A stretch of 64,000 nucleotides of DNA from NCBI GenBank assembly GCA_950097015.1, contig CATNEN010000002.1, positions 62,001 through 126,000 of the forward strand. Direction: 5' to 3'. The number at the start of each line of letters is the position of its first letter. The stretch's first letter is position 1. A model generated the notes under the pieces. It was given only the letters and a program-made list of their open reading frames with translations, did not search any database and was not told the DNA's origin. Made by a program: the position numbers and the translations under genes. Of the stretch, positions 23,705-34,159 are shown piece by piece. This DNA is from Macrostomum hystrix. Taxonomy: Eukaryota > Animalia > Platyhelminthes.

Positions 23705-23965
23705 AAAAGAGTGAATCCTATAGTGACTCACAGTGTGAATCCAAGAGTGACTCACAGTGTGAATCCAAGAGTGACTCACAGTGTGAATCCAAGTGTGCCT
23801 TACACTGTGAATCTCAGAGTGACTAACAGAGTGAATCTTAGAGTGACTCACAGGATTAATCTAAGTGTGACTCACAGGTGAGTTAAGTGAATTTAAGTTA
23901 GAGACTACGCTAGAGACTCACAGAGTGAATCTCAGAGTGACTAACAAAGTGAATTTAAAAGAGAA
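23705..23965. repeat. Degenerate 21-23-bp repeat (gagtgactcacagtgtgaatcca), a precursor-like flank of the 45-bp satellite
   Basis: Shares gagtgactcaca with the adjacent 45-mer and grades into it. Confidence 0.8.
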
Positions 23966-26850
23966 TATCAGGGTGTATCCCAGTGATTCCCAGATTCATC
24001 TCAGAGTGACTCACAGGGTGTATCCCAGTGATTCCCAGATTCATCTCAGAGTGACTCACAGAGTGTATCCCAGTTATTCCCAAATTCATCTCAGAGTGAC
24101 TCACATGGTTTATCCCAGTGATTCCCAGATTCATCTCAGAGTGACACACAGGGTGTATCCCAGTGATTCCTAGATTCATCTCAGAGTGACTCACAGAGTG
24201 TATCCCAGTGATTCCCAGATTTATCTCAGAGTGACTCACAGGGTGTATCCCAGTGATTCTCAGATTCATCTCAGAGTGACTCACAGGGTGTATCCCAGTG
24301 ATTCCCAGATTCATCTCAGAGTGACTCACAGGGTGTATCCCAGTGATTCCCAGATTCATCTCAGACTGACTCACAGGGTGTATCCCAGTGATTCCCAGAT
24401 TCATCTCAGAGTGACTCACAGGGTGTATCCCAGTGATTCCCAGATTCATCTCAGAGTGACTCACAGGGTGTATCCCAGTGATACCCAGATTCATCTCAGA
24501 GTGACTCACAGGGTTTATCCCAGTGATTCCCAGATTCATCTCAGACTGACTCACAGAGTGTATCCCAGTGATTCCCAGATTCATCTCAGAGTGACTCACA
24601 GAGTGTATCCCAGTGATTCCCAGATTCATCTCAGAGTGACTCACATGGTTTATCCCAGTGATTCCCAGATTCATCTCAGAGTGACTCACAGGGTGTATCC
24701 CAGTGATTCCCAGATTCATCTCAGAGTGACTCACAGAGTGTATCCCAGTGATTCCCAGATTCATCTTAGAGTGACTCACAGAGTGTATCCCAGTGATTCC
24801 CAGATTCATCTCAGAGTGACTCACAGAGTGTATCCCAGTGATTCTCAGATTCATCTCAGAGTGACTCACAGGGTGTATCCCAGTGATTCCCAGATTCATC
24901 TCAGACTGACTCACAGGGTGTATCCCAGTGATTCCCAGATTCATCTCAGAGTGACTCACAGGGTGTATCCCAGTGATTCCCAGATTCATCTCAGACTGAC
25001 TCACAGGGTGTATCCCAGTGATTCCCAGATTCATCTCAGAGTGACTCACAGGGTGTATCCCAGTGATTCCCAGATTCATCTCAGAGTGACTCACAGGGTG
25101 TATCCCAGTGATTCCCAGATTCATCTCAGAGTGACTCACAGGGTGTATCCCAGTGATTCCCAGATTCATCTCAGACTGACTCACAGGGTGTATCCCAGTG
25201 ATTCCCAGATTCATCTCAGAGTGACTCACATGGTTTATCCCAGTGATTCCCAGATTCATCTCAGAGTGACTCACAGGGTGTATCCCAGTGATTCCCAGAT
25301 TCATCTCAGACTGACTCACAGGGTGTATCCCAGTGATTCCCAGATTCATCTTAGAGTGACTCACAGAGTGTATCCCAGTGATTCCCAGATTCATCTCAGA
25401 GTGACTCACAGGGTGTATCCCAGTGATTCCCAGATTCATCTCAGAGTGACTCACAGAGTGTATCCCAGTGATTCCCAGATTCATCTCAGAGTGACTCACA
25501 GAGTGTATCCCAGTGATTCCCAGATTCATCTCAGAGTGACTCACAGGGTGTATCCCAGTGATTCCCAGATTCATCTCAGAGTGACTCTCAGGGTGTATCC
25601 CAGTGATTCCCAGATTCATCTCAGAGTGACTCACAGGGTGTATCCCAGTGATTCCCAGATTCATCTCAGAGTGACTCACAGGGTGTATCCCAGTGATTCC
25701 CAGATTCATCTCAGAGTGACTCACAGGGTGTATCCCAGTGATACCCAGATTCATCTCAGACTGACTCACAGGGTGTGTCCCAGTTATTTCCAAATTCATC
25801 TCAGACTGACTCACAGGGTGTATCCCAGTGATTCCCAGATTCATCTCAGAGTGACTCACAGGGTGTATCCCAGTGATTCCCAGATTCATCTCAGAGTGAC
25901 TCACATGGTTTATCCCAGTGATTCCCAGATTCATCTCAGAGTGACTCACAGGGTGTATCCCAGTGATTCCCAGATTCATCTCAGAGTGACTCACAGGGTG
26001 TATCCCAGTGATTCCCAGATTCATCTCAGAGTGACTCACAGAGTGTATCCCAGTGATTCCCAGATTCATCTCAGAGTGACTCACAGAGTGTATCCCAGTG
26101 ATTCCCAGATTCATCTCAGAGTGACTCACAGAGTGTATCCCAGTGATTCCCAGATTCATCTCAGAGTGACTCACAGGGTGTATCCCAGTGATTCCCAGAT
26201 TCATCTCAGAGTGACTCACAGGGTGTATCCCAGTTATTTCCAAATTCATCTCAGAGTGACTCACAGGGTGTATCCCAGTGATTCCCAGATTCATTTCAGA
26301 GTGACTCACAGGGTGTATCCCAGTGATTCCCAGATTCATCTCAGAGTGACTCACAGGGTGTATCCCAGTGATTCCCAGATTCATCTCAGAGTGACTCACA
26401 GAGTGTATCCCAGTGATACCCAGATTCATCTCAGAGTGACTCACAGGGTGTATCCCAGTGATTCCCAGATTCATCTCAGAGTGACTCACATGGTTTATCC
26501 CAGTGATTCCCAGATTCATCTCAGAGTGACTCACAGAGTGTATCCCAGTGATTCCCAGATTCATCTCAGAGTGACTCACAGGGTGTATCCCAGTGATTCC
26601 CAGATTCATCTCAGACTGACTCACAGGGTGTATCCCAGTGATTCCCAGATTCATCTCAGACTGACTCACAGGGTGTATCCCAGTGATTCCCAGATTCATC
26701 TCAGAGTGACTCACAGGGTGTATCCCAGTGATTCCCAGATTCATCTCAGACTGACTCACAGGGTGTATCCCAGTGATTCCCAGATTCATCTCAGAGTGAC
26801 TCACAGGGTGTATCCCAGTGATTCCCAGATTCATCTCAGAGTGACTCACG
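23966..26850. repeat. Homogeneous 45-bp satellite (gggtgtatcccagtgattcccagattcatctcagagtgactcaca), ~64 copies
   Basis: 15-aa periodicity in ORFs on both strands; very few variant positions. Confidence 0.98.
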
Positions 26851-27236
26851 GCACGAAGTGAATCTCAGAGTGAATTACAAAATTAATCATAAAAGATGAC
26901 ACAGTTATAAGTTATGCACTGCAAGAACAAAAACAAAACTAAGTTCAGTAGAAAACAACAGAGCCAAGTAAGTTTCCGTTGATTTAAATGCTATGCAAAC
27001 TATCGACCTCGTTGCCGATTCAATCTGAATTATTTGCGCACCTTTCAGAGTGTACAAACTGATGTACGTGAGCGAATTTCAAAGCTTGAAATTAAAATTC
27101 TGCAGTTAAGAAAAATTTTCTATGTTTAATTGCGATGATCTCTTTGACTTACTTGACTTAGCTGCAGGGGGCATCTTCCGGATGCAGCGGGGAGGCGTTG
27201 CCGCCCATTCCGCTAGCCCCTGGCGACCACGGGCAA

Positions 27237-30200
27237 CTAGAGCTGCGGTGTCGCGCAGGGGGATCCGGTGGTGCCGGCGTCCGCAGCGCGGTCCTCCTCC
27301 GGAGTGTCCAGGAGGTGGAGGGTTGCTCGCCCGGTGGCCCTCAGGTATCGGACGAGCTGGCAGATGTTCTCAGGCCTGAAAACGTCGGGGAGATCCGGGT
27401 TTGGGCCGAGATAGGTGAGCCGGTCCTGAGTGAAGGCGGGGCAGTCGCAAATAAAATGCTCTGCATCCTCAACATAGGAGAGGCAGAAGGGGCATTCCTC
27501 ACTGCGGATTTTGCCTTGCAGGAAGCGGTGCCTGGCGAAACAGCCATGGCCAGAGAGGGCCATGGTGACTGCCCTGATGTCCTTGCGGTTCAGTCCAAGC
27601 AAGGCTTTGCGAAGGGCAGTGGAGGGACAAGGGACAGCAGCGCGAGACTGCCGACAATCGGCGGTATTGATCCATCTGTCCTTGTGCTTTGAGGTCACCC
27701 ACTGGTTAATCCGAGTGTTGACGACGGCGGTAGGGGTGGAGACCGCAGGCACGGGGCCAAAAAGCGAACCCGTCGAACCGGCCTTGGCGAGGCTGTCGGC
27801 CAATTCGTTACCAGGGTGGCCAGAGTGCCCTGGAATCCACCTTAGGGACACCTTGTTGTGGGTCCCTAAGCGGTTGAGTTGCGCGACGCAGTCGAGGACT
27901 GTGCGCGAGCAGGTGTGCGTGCGTCCAAGGGCATGGATCGCCGCCTGGCTGTCCGAGTGGAGGAAGATTTCTGCTCCGTGGACGTTTTGGTTGATCAGCT
28001 CCAGGGCGCAGGAGCTGATGGCGAGAACTTCGTTCTGGAAAACAGTAGAGTTTATGCCGGTGTGCTGGGAGAAGGTCGCCACAGTTTTCCCTCCGGACAT
28101 AATGCAGTAGCCGAAACCAGAGACCGAGTTGATTTGCGATCCGTCGGTGAAGCAGTGAATTTCACGGGGTTGGCCGTGGTCACGTACTTCCTGGCGAGGC
28201 GGAATGCTGGTTTTGAATTTTTGCGGTGGGCACAGCGTCGACGGGATTCCGTCGGAGAGAATTTTGAGACCTCCTGCTGCGTCCAGGTCCCGTAGGCTGA
28301 GGTCGCCATGGGGCTGGAGGTTCCGCTTGCTGAAGGCAAGTTGCTTCCGGATGGAGATACCCGCGTCCAGAAGACGACGAGCCGTCTTCATCGCCTCCCC
28401 CTTGATAAAAAGATCTAAAGGGGGAAGGTCCAGGAAGGCATTCATGCCAGCGAAGGGAGTGGAGGGTGCCGCACTCATGATGGCTCGACAAGCACGGCCC
28501 TGCACCTTGTTTAGGGCCTCCAGGACCCCTTTGGTCTCCAGGACCCCTTTGGTCTCCAGGGCACTATTCCAGATGAAGCCGGCAAAAGAGATGGCCGGTC
28601 TTACAATGGTAGTGTAAATCCACCAGAGACGGCGGGGGGTGAGGCCCCAGGTGGCGCCGAAGGCTCTGCGAATCTGCGCGAGCGTCGCAAGAGCTTTACG
28701 GGTTTTGAATTTGACGTGAGGTGTCCAGCTCAACCTGTGGTCGAGGATGACACCTAAGCATCTGGTTTGCTTCTCCATGGCGATTGGTTTGTTATAGAGA
28801 AGGAGAGGCTCAATCCTCCAGTTTCGTTTGCTGGTGAACATAATGGCGACGGTCTTGGACTCAGAGAGTTTGAGGCCGCAGCCATTGGCCCAGCGTTCGG
28901 CACGGTGGATGAAAGCTTGCAGAAGGTCTCTAAGGACCGGGGGAGACGGTCCGGCCACGGTGGCGGTGACGTCGTCAGCATAGCCGATTTTTTGGACCTG
29001 GTCCGGGTCAGGGCTGCAGAGCAGTTCGTCCATGACAAGGTTCCAAAGGATCGGACTGAGAACGCCACCCTGCGGGCCTCCCTTCTGGACATTCACAGAA
29101 CGGGAGTGTCCAAGCAGGTGCGAGGTGGCAGTTCGGTGAGAGATCATATACATGATCCAGCGGGTGAGGTGCTCGTGCGTAGCCCGGCGTTCCAGGGCTC
29201 GCCTAAAGGCTCCGAAGAGCACATTGTCGAAGGCACCATCAATGTCGAGGAAAAGCGAGAGAGCAAAACCGGTGCCAAGCACGGCGCGCTCCAGCTTGTC
29301 GACAATGGCATGCAGAGCACTTTCGATGGAACGTCCGGATCGAAAGGCGTGCTGGTTGGCGGAGAGCGGGGAGTTCCTCAGCTCAACGTGAAGGAGGCGC
29401 CAAAGAACAAGCCTTTCAAGCAGCTTAAGAAAGAAAGATGTTAAGCTGATGGGGCGGAAGGCTTTGGCGGAGTGGTAGTCTCCCTTCCCAGGTTTGGGGA
29501 TGAAGACGATAGTGGCTTCCTGCCAAGACCTGGGTACGTACCCGAGGGTGATACAGGCCTTGAACAGGTTGCAAAGGAGGCCGAGGAACCTGTCATTTTT
29601 TACCGCTTCATGTAGGAAGGCGGGGTAAATGTTGTCAGGTCCAGGCGACTTAAAAGGCGAGAAGGAGTTAGCAGCGCGAGCTGTCCGTTCTCTAGTGATA
29701 ATAGTTGTCGCAAGGATGTGTCCACCCGGAGTGTGGTCCGGCGGGTCCTGAAGCGGCGCAGTCTGGGGGAAGGCGCTGGCGAGCATGATGTCCAGCGATT
29801 CGCCAGGATTCTCAGCAAGCCGGCCGTCCGGTCTTTTGATCACTGAGAGCTTCGACATTTTGTCAAGAGTGAGCGCTTTTACCACGCGAGAAGTTGGGCG
29901 GGCGCCCTCCAGCTCGGAGCAGTATTGGCGCCACTTTTCGGACTTCGCTTTCCTGGTGTCACGCTTAAAGTCACGAATCGCATTCTGGTAGGCGGTCAGG
30001 TCAGCTGGGTCCTTGCTTTTCCGCGCAATCCGCTGGAGGGATTTGGCCTTTCGCCGGAGGGTTCCAAGCGCTGGGTTCCACCAGGGAGCGGATTTTTTGC
30101 CTTTGTAGGCTTTAAGAGGGCAAGAGGTTTCATGAGCTGTCAAGATGGTCATGCTGAGTAGATCAGCCAGATCGTCCACTTCTTGACAGGTGGCAGGAAC

Positions 30201-30959
30201 AACGGATTCTAACTGGTTGGTCTGGCGCTTCACGGATTCCGCAAAGGCCGTCCAGTCAGTATTCCGGGCGTTCCTTCTCCACAGAATACCAGGCTTGGAG
30301 TAGGAGCTTAGCAACCGGAAACGAATGAAGCGATGGTCAGACAGAGATTCCTCTTCGTCCCACACCTGCCAGTTCCTAATCAGAGGGATCAGGCCCTGAG
30401 AGGCGAGGGTGGCGTCAAGGACCTCCGTCCATCGTCCATTGTCAAAGGTGGGTGTGCCACCCGAGTTGCAGAACTCAATATTGGTGGTGCAGATGTAGGC
30501 AAGGAGATCCTCGCCTCTGCAGTTGGAGGTAACACTGCCCCAGTGGGTGTGGTGGGCATTAATGTCGCCTGCCACCAGCAGCTCAAAGTCGCGGTCTGAG
30601 CAGTAGTCCACGAGGGAAGTGAGACTGGGCGGAACCGCAGGACCGTCACCAGGAATGTATATAGAGGCGATGATGACGGTGCGGTTCGGGAGAATGTGGT
30701 TGGTTTGGATGACACAGAGGTCTTTGTCAGAGAGGTCTGGTCTATACCAAGCTTTAAGATCGGTAGTCGCGAACACAGCAGCCCTGGGGTTTTGGGGCAT
30801 GAAAAAACAGTCAAAACCAGCAGGAATGTTCGGAATCTTACCTTTCTTCGTCCAGGGCTCTTGGAGGAGGATGATGCCCGGTTTTTCGAAGTCCACCACA
30901 CGCGCCAGGTTGGTCGAGGCCGCGATGCAGTGGTGCAGGTTCAGCTGCAGGAAGCTCAC
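27237..30959 (-). CDS. LINE ORF2 polyprotein: AP endonuclease, reverse transcriptase, RNase H, C-terminal CCHC-type zinc finger
   Basis: QLNLHH..LQEP, GDINAHH, SDH (APE); [21 protein letters not shown] (RT); FTDGS, NEVLAI, SDSQAA, WIPGH, GNELAD (RNase H); [14 protein letters not shown]. There is no ATG: the frame is open upstream and overlaps ORF1. Confidence 0.96.
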   Translation of the reverse strand: MSFLQLNLHHCIAASTNLARVVDFEKPGIILLQEPWTKKGKIPNIPAGFDCFFMPQNPRAAVFATTDLKAWYRPDLSDKDLCVIQTNHILPNRTVIIASIYIPGDGPAVPPSLTSLVDYCSDRDFELLVAGDINAHHTHWGSVTSNCRGEDLLAYICTTNIEFCNSGGTPTFDNGRWTEVLDATLASQGLIPLIRNWQVWDEEESLSDHRFIRFRLLSSYSKPGILWRRNARNTDWTAFAESVKRQTNQLESVVPATCQEVDDLADLLSMTILTAHETSCPLKAYKGKKSAPWWNPALGTLRRKAKSLQRIARKSKDPADLTAYQNAIRDFKRDTRKAKSEKWRQYCSELEGARPTSRVVKALTLDKMSKLSVIKRPDGRLAENPGESLDIMLASAFPQTAPLQDPPDHTPGGHILATTIITRERTARAANSFSPFKSPGPDNIYPAFLHEAVKNDRFLGLLCNLFKACITLGYVPRSWQEATIVFIPKPGKGDYHSAKAFRPISLTSFFLKLLERLVLWRLLHVELRNSPLSANQHAFRSGRSIESALHAIVDKLERAVLGTGFALSLFLDIDGAFDNVLFGAFRRALERRATHEHLTRWIMYMISHRTATSHLLGHSRSVNVQKGGPQGGVLSPILWNLVMDELLCSPDPDQVQKIGYADDVTATVAGPSPPVLRDLLQAFIHRAERWANGCGLKLSESKTVAIMFTSKRNWRIEPLLLYNKPIAMEKQTRCLGVILDHRLSWTPHVKFKTRKALATLAQIRRAFGATWGLTPRRLWWIYTTIVRPAISFAGFIWNSALETKGVLETKGVLEALNKVQGRACRAIMSAAPSTPFAGMNAFLDLPPLDLFIKGEAMKTARRLLDAGISIRKQLAFSKRNLQPHGDLSLRDLDAAGGLKILSDGIPSTLCPPQKFKTSIPPRQEVRDHGQPREIHCFTDGSQINSVSGFGYCIMSGGKTVATFSQHTGINSTVFQNEVLAISSCALELINQNVHGAEIFLHSDSQAAIHALGRTHTCSRTVLDCVAQLNRLGTHNKVSLRWIPGHSGHPGNELADSLAKAGSTGSLFGPVPAVSTPTAVVNTRINQWVTSKHKDRWINTADCRQSRAAVPCPSTALRKALLGLNRKDIRAVTMALSGHGCFARHRFLQGKIRSEECPFCLSYVEDAEHFICDCPAFTQDRLTYLGPNPDLPDVFRPENICQLVRYLRATGRATLHLLDTPEEDRAADAGTTGSPCATPQL

Positions 30960-30994
30960 CCCAGGAGGGGCGGTCCGTGCGGCTATCTGCTGGC

Positions 30995-32482
30995 CTACGG
31001 CGAGTTGTTCAGGAGCGATTCCTCGTCCTCGCCGGTGTTTTGCCCGAGCTCCATCGGTTCCTCCTGAATCGGATCCAGAGTTGAGGCCGGGGCTGCCGCA
31101 ACAGCGGCGTCCGTGTCCTCAACCCGGTTTTCCGCTGGGGGTTCCGATGAAACATTGGGCCGGGTGGTGCTGCGGTGGCGTCCACTGTTGGGGTCCGACA
31201 GCTGTCTGGCGCGCTGAGTCAAGCCAGCACGGATGGTGTTGCGGGCGGGTTTCCGGCCCTTACCACATCCGCCTGTCGTTGCGGCTCGCGCGGCTTTGCC
31301 CCTGATAGGGTCCGCATCCTCGGAGTGGTCGTGACGATCAGGAGTCTGTGTTCCAGGGCGCAGGGGCCCGGCAGAGCTCTGGTTCGTCCGTTTCCGCTTT
31401 TCCGGGGGCGGCGGGCGAGTGGCGTCGGACTCGAAGCTGAAAATCTGCATTCGAGTGAGGCCTGCACTGATGTAGGACATGTCTGGGCAGCGGAGCATCC
31501 AGCTGTCCGACAATCCTAGGATGGCCGTGAAACCGTCTCCACCAGGTCTGGTGATGGTTTCATGAACCACGACACCGTTTGCTGGCAGATCCGGGTGGAT
31601 TGCCAACAGCAGGCGGCGCAGTTCTCCGGCGTTGGTGATGGCGCTGCGAGCTGGAATCCAAACACGATGACGGTGTGTCTGGGGGCGCTCGTCCTCCCTG
31701 TAGATAAACAGGTTGCCCATTTCCGTGCCCCAGTCGAAGGATTTCAGCATCTCGAGGAGTTGCTGTCCGGACTGGTTGTCGGCAGGCTGGACAATGAGGG
31801 CTTGGTCCTGGATGTCGGTCTTCAGGACGTGCAGTACAGTGCCGCTCAGTGCCAGTTTGACCAGATGGGAGTCCAATCTGCGCCAGATCTGGTCGAGTTG
31901 CGCTGTTGTGAGGGGCGTCTCCTGGCCTCGGATAACCAAGGCCGGCTGCCTCTTTGCCATAGCAGCGTAAGTGCGCTTTGGCCTTGTGGTTTGGCCGGCG
32001 CCTCCCGCAACGGGCCCCCCAGCAGTCGTCGGAGTTTCCGGACGACTGTGAGAGGTTCCGCCGCGAGAGGAACCGGATGCCCCAGAGGCCTGGGCGGCAC
32101 TTTTCCGCGCTTCCGGATTTCCCGGACGGCGCGAGGAGTCCGCCTCCTTGTTGGGTGCCGGTTCCTCCGCGATGTTCGCAGAGTTGCCGGCCCCCTCCTC
32201 GGGGGCGGTGGTTGGCGCGGATTTCGCAGCCAACCGTACTTCCTGTTTTCGCCGCCGGAATTCCTGGAGGCGGGCGAGGCTGCGGGCTTGCGTGGAAGGG
32301 GAGCGTTTGCTCTTTGATCCAGCCGCTCTGGTGTTTTCCTGAGTGGCGGAGGAGCAGGATGAATTTTGGGCGCCGGTGGAACCGGTGTCGCCCTGGCGCT
32401 GGTCCTGAGGATCTGCGTCGCCGGCCGGGGTCGGCGTTTCAGCAGGGTCCTGGGACGTGCTGGAGCTGTAGTGGGACTCCAT
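30995..32482 (-). CDS. LINE ORF1 (gag-like, 495 aa)
   Basis: ATG-initiated ORF directly upstream of ORF2. RTYAAMAK followed by [18 protein letters not shown] resembles the DUF4780-type ORF1 of LOA-clade elements (from memory, not searched). Confidence 0.88.
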   Translation of the reverse strand: MESHYSSSTSQDPAETPTPAGDADPQDQRQGDTGSTGAQNSSCSSATQENTRAAGSKSKRSPSTQARSLARLQEFRRRKQEVRLAAKSAPTTAPEEGAGNSANIAEEPAPNKEADSSRRPGNPEARKSAAQASGASGSSRGGTSHSRPETPTTAGGPVAGGAGQTTRPKRTYAAMAKRQPALVIRGQETPLTTAQLDQIWRRLDSHLVKLALSGTVLHVLKTDIQDQALIVQPADNQSGQQLLEMLKSFDWGTEMGNLFIYREDERPQTHRHRVWIPARSAITNAGELRRLLLAIHPDLPANGVVVHETITRPGGDGFTAILGLSDSWMLRCPDMSYISAGLTRMQIFSFESDATRPPPPEKRKRTNQSSAGPLRPGTQTPDRHDHSEDADPIRGKAARAATTGGCGKGRKPARNTIRAGLTQRARQLSDPNSGRHRSTTRPNVSSEPPAENRVEDTDAAVAAAPASTLDPIQEEPMELGQNTGEDEESLLNNSP

Positions 32483-32607
32483 AGGTCGCTGGAAAAAGAG
32501 AAAGAAGAGAATAAAAATAAAAACCGCTAATGGCCGGATAGACTCCCCGGACCTTTCAGCCCCTCAGCGCGGTGAGACCTTAGGCATAAGAGGACACCTA
32601 AAGCAGT

Positions 32608-33370
32608 GCCAGGCCCGCAGACTGGCTGCGTACCCTGTTGAGGTCGAAGGGTGACACCTGTCCCTCAGAGCCGTAGCCAGAGGTACCTGATCACGCACAG
32701 GTGCACGAGCGCTGCGGACTGGCCGCATACCCTGTTAAGGTCAAAGGGTGACACCCTTCCCTCAGAGCCGTAGCCAGAGGTACCTGATCACGCACAGGTG
32801 CGCGAGACGCTGCGGACTGGCCGCATACCCTGTTAAGGTCAAAGGGTGACACCTTTCCCTCAGAGCCGTAGCCAGAGGCACCTGATCACGCACAGGTGCA
32901 CGAAAACTGCGGACTGGCCGCATACCCTGTTAAGGTCAAAGGGTGACACCTTTCCCTCAGAGCCGTAGCCAGAGGTACCTGATCACGCACAGGTGCGCGA
33001 GACGCTGCGGACTGGCCGCATACCCTGTCAAGGTCAAAGGGTAACACCTCTCCCTCAGAGCCGTAGCCAGAGGTACCTGATCACGCACAGGTGCGCGAGA
33101 CGCTGCGGACTGGCCGCATACCCTGTCAAGGTCAAAGGGTAACACCTCTCCCTCAGAGCCGTAGCCAGAGGTACCTGATCACGCACAGGTGCGCGAGACG
33201 CTGCGGACTGGCCGCATACCCTGTCAAGGTCAAAGGGTAACACCTCTCCCTCAGAGCCGTAGCCAGAGGTACCTGATCACGCACAGGTGCACGAAAGCTG
33301 CGGACTCGCCGCATACCCTGTTAAGGTCAAAGGGTGACACCTTTCCCTCCAGCCAGGGCTAGAGGTACCC
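32608..33370 (-). repeat. 98-bp tandem repeats (~8 units) in the LINE 5'UTR
   Basis: ccctcagagccgtagccagaggtacc recurs every 97-98 bp from 32662 to 33249, with divergent terminal units. Confidence 0.96.
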
Positions 33371-33409
33371 AGTTTGGCCAGAGGCCCTGGATGGGTCATC
33401 CAGCGCTGT

Positions 33410-33637
33410 TGCCCATTCTGTCCGGCTGCCCTAGGGTCAGCCTTGAACACTCGCGGGACGTGTACCCATGGGTCAGCTGACGGGACAGCGTGGAGGGATC
33501 CCTGCACCCGGAGGTACAGGGCTCCTTCCTGCCAGGCCTGCTCAAAAAACGACTGCAGGTGTGAGGCATCGCAGACCTTAGCCCGTAGGCCTGGTCTGAC
33601 TCATACCACACAGGCATTGTGTCCCGCCGGTGCGAGC
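33410..33637 (-). ncRNA. HDV-like self-cleaving ribozyme at the exact 5' end of the LINE
   Basis: Minus strand: P1 GCUCGC (33637-32)/GCGAGU (33454-49); P2 CCCAU/AUGGG; P3 GGG/CCC; L3 UACACGU; P1.1 AC/GU; P4 GGCUG/CAGCC; J4/2 C-A-G-A with catalytic C at 33420. Confidence 0.8.
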
Positions 33638-33646
33638 CGATGATCT

Positions 33647-33682
33647 CTTCCTATTGGTCAAAATGCGCCAGCCAATAGGAAG
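33647..33682. promoter_or_regulatory. Inverted CCAAT-box pair (11-bp perfect inverted repeat cttcctattgg/ccaataggaag), putative SoxB proximal promoter
   Basis: Seen in the sequence about 150 bp upstream of ATG 33830, with an Inr-like tcagtg at about 33710. Confidence 0.45.
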
Positions 33683-33829
33683 CGATCCAACGGGCACATG
33701 CCCCTCCATTCAGTGAAACCTTTCTTCACACAAAACCCACAACAATAACTCTAAGCGCAACGCATTTTTAACTCTCCAATTATGTAAGAGAATAACTTGA
33801 ACAAATAACAAAGCGTGTTCAGCAATTGG

Positions 33830-34108
33830 ATGGAGACAGAAGCAGCAGCAGCAGCAATTGAACAATCAGAGACTGATGATTCGCGACACTATGACATTCA
33901 CGTTAGCAGTGAGAGAGGCTTCGACCTTCAGTTCTACCCGAACTGGTTGCAGCAACAGCAGCAGCAGCAGGCCATCATGATTCAGCAGCAGCAACAGCTG
34001 GCCGACTGCTACAATATGGACAAGTCGGATAACGATGATGACAGTGAAATCAGCGACTGTCAGATTGGCGATTGCCATAACAACAGCAGCACTGGCGGCA
34101 GTTTAAAT
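33830..34108 (+). CDS. soxB: Probable first coding exon of the SoxB gene (polyAla/polyGln, acidic)
   Basis: METEAAAAA..QQQQ..; ends AAT|GTGAGT in phase 0, which matches the phase-0 acceptor aacag|TTC at 36928. The HMG exon has no ATG of its own before the box. Confidence 0.68.
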
Positions 34109-34159
34109 GTGAGTCAAAACCAATGTGACTCTTTTTTTCTATTTGAGACGGGTTGAGAC

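Larger units (their letters stand above)
27145..33637 (-). mobile_element. Full-length non-LTR retrotransposon of the LOA/R1 group (ORF1 + APE-RT-RNase H), 6.5 kb
   Basis: Flanked by the 12-bp direct repeat cgatgatctctt at 27133-27144 and 33638-33649. Two intact ORFs, 3' tail taagtcaagtaagtcaa, and a long structured 5'UTR. Confidence 0.95.

Noticed and set aside
23955-26861. 964-aa and 891-aa ORFs on opposite strands
   Set aside because: They are products of a 45-bp satellite unit divisible by three, with no unique flanking coding sequence.
27049-27067. 19-bp micro-exon candidate (tttcag|...|gtgagc) left of the LINE
   Set aside because: Splice-like motifs alone, with no supporting reading frame or partner exon.
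32680-33310. Hammerhead, twister or second HDV ribozyme in each 98-bp repeat
   Set aside because: The plus strand has CUGAUCA..GAAA, but G8 is missing and stems I and III do not close. The twister L4 and HDV P1/P1.1 requirements are not met.
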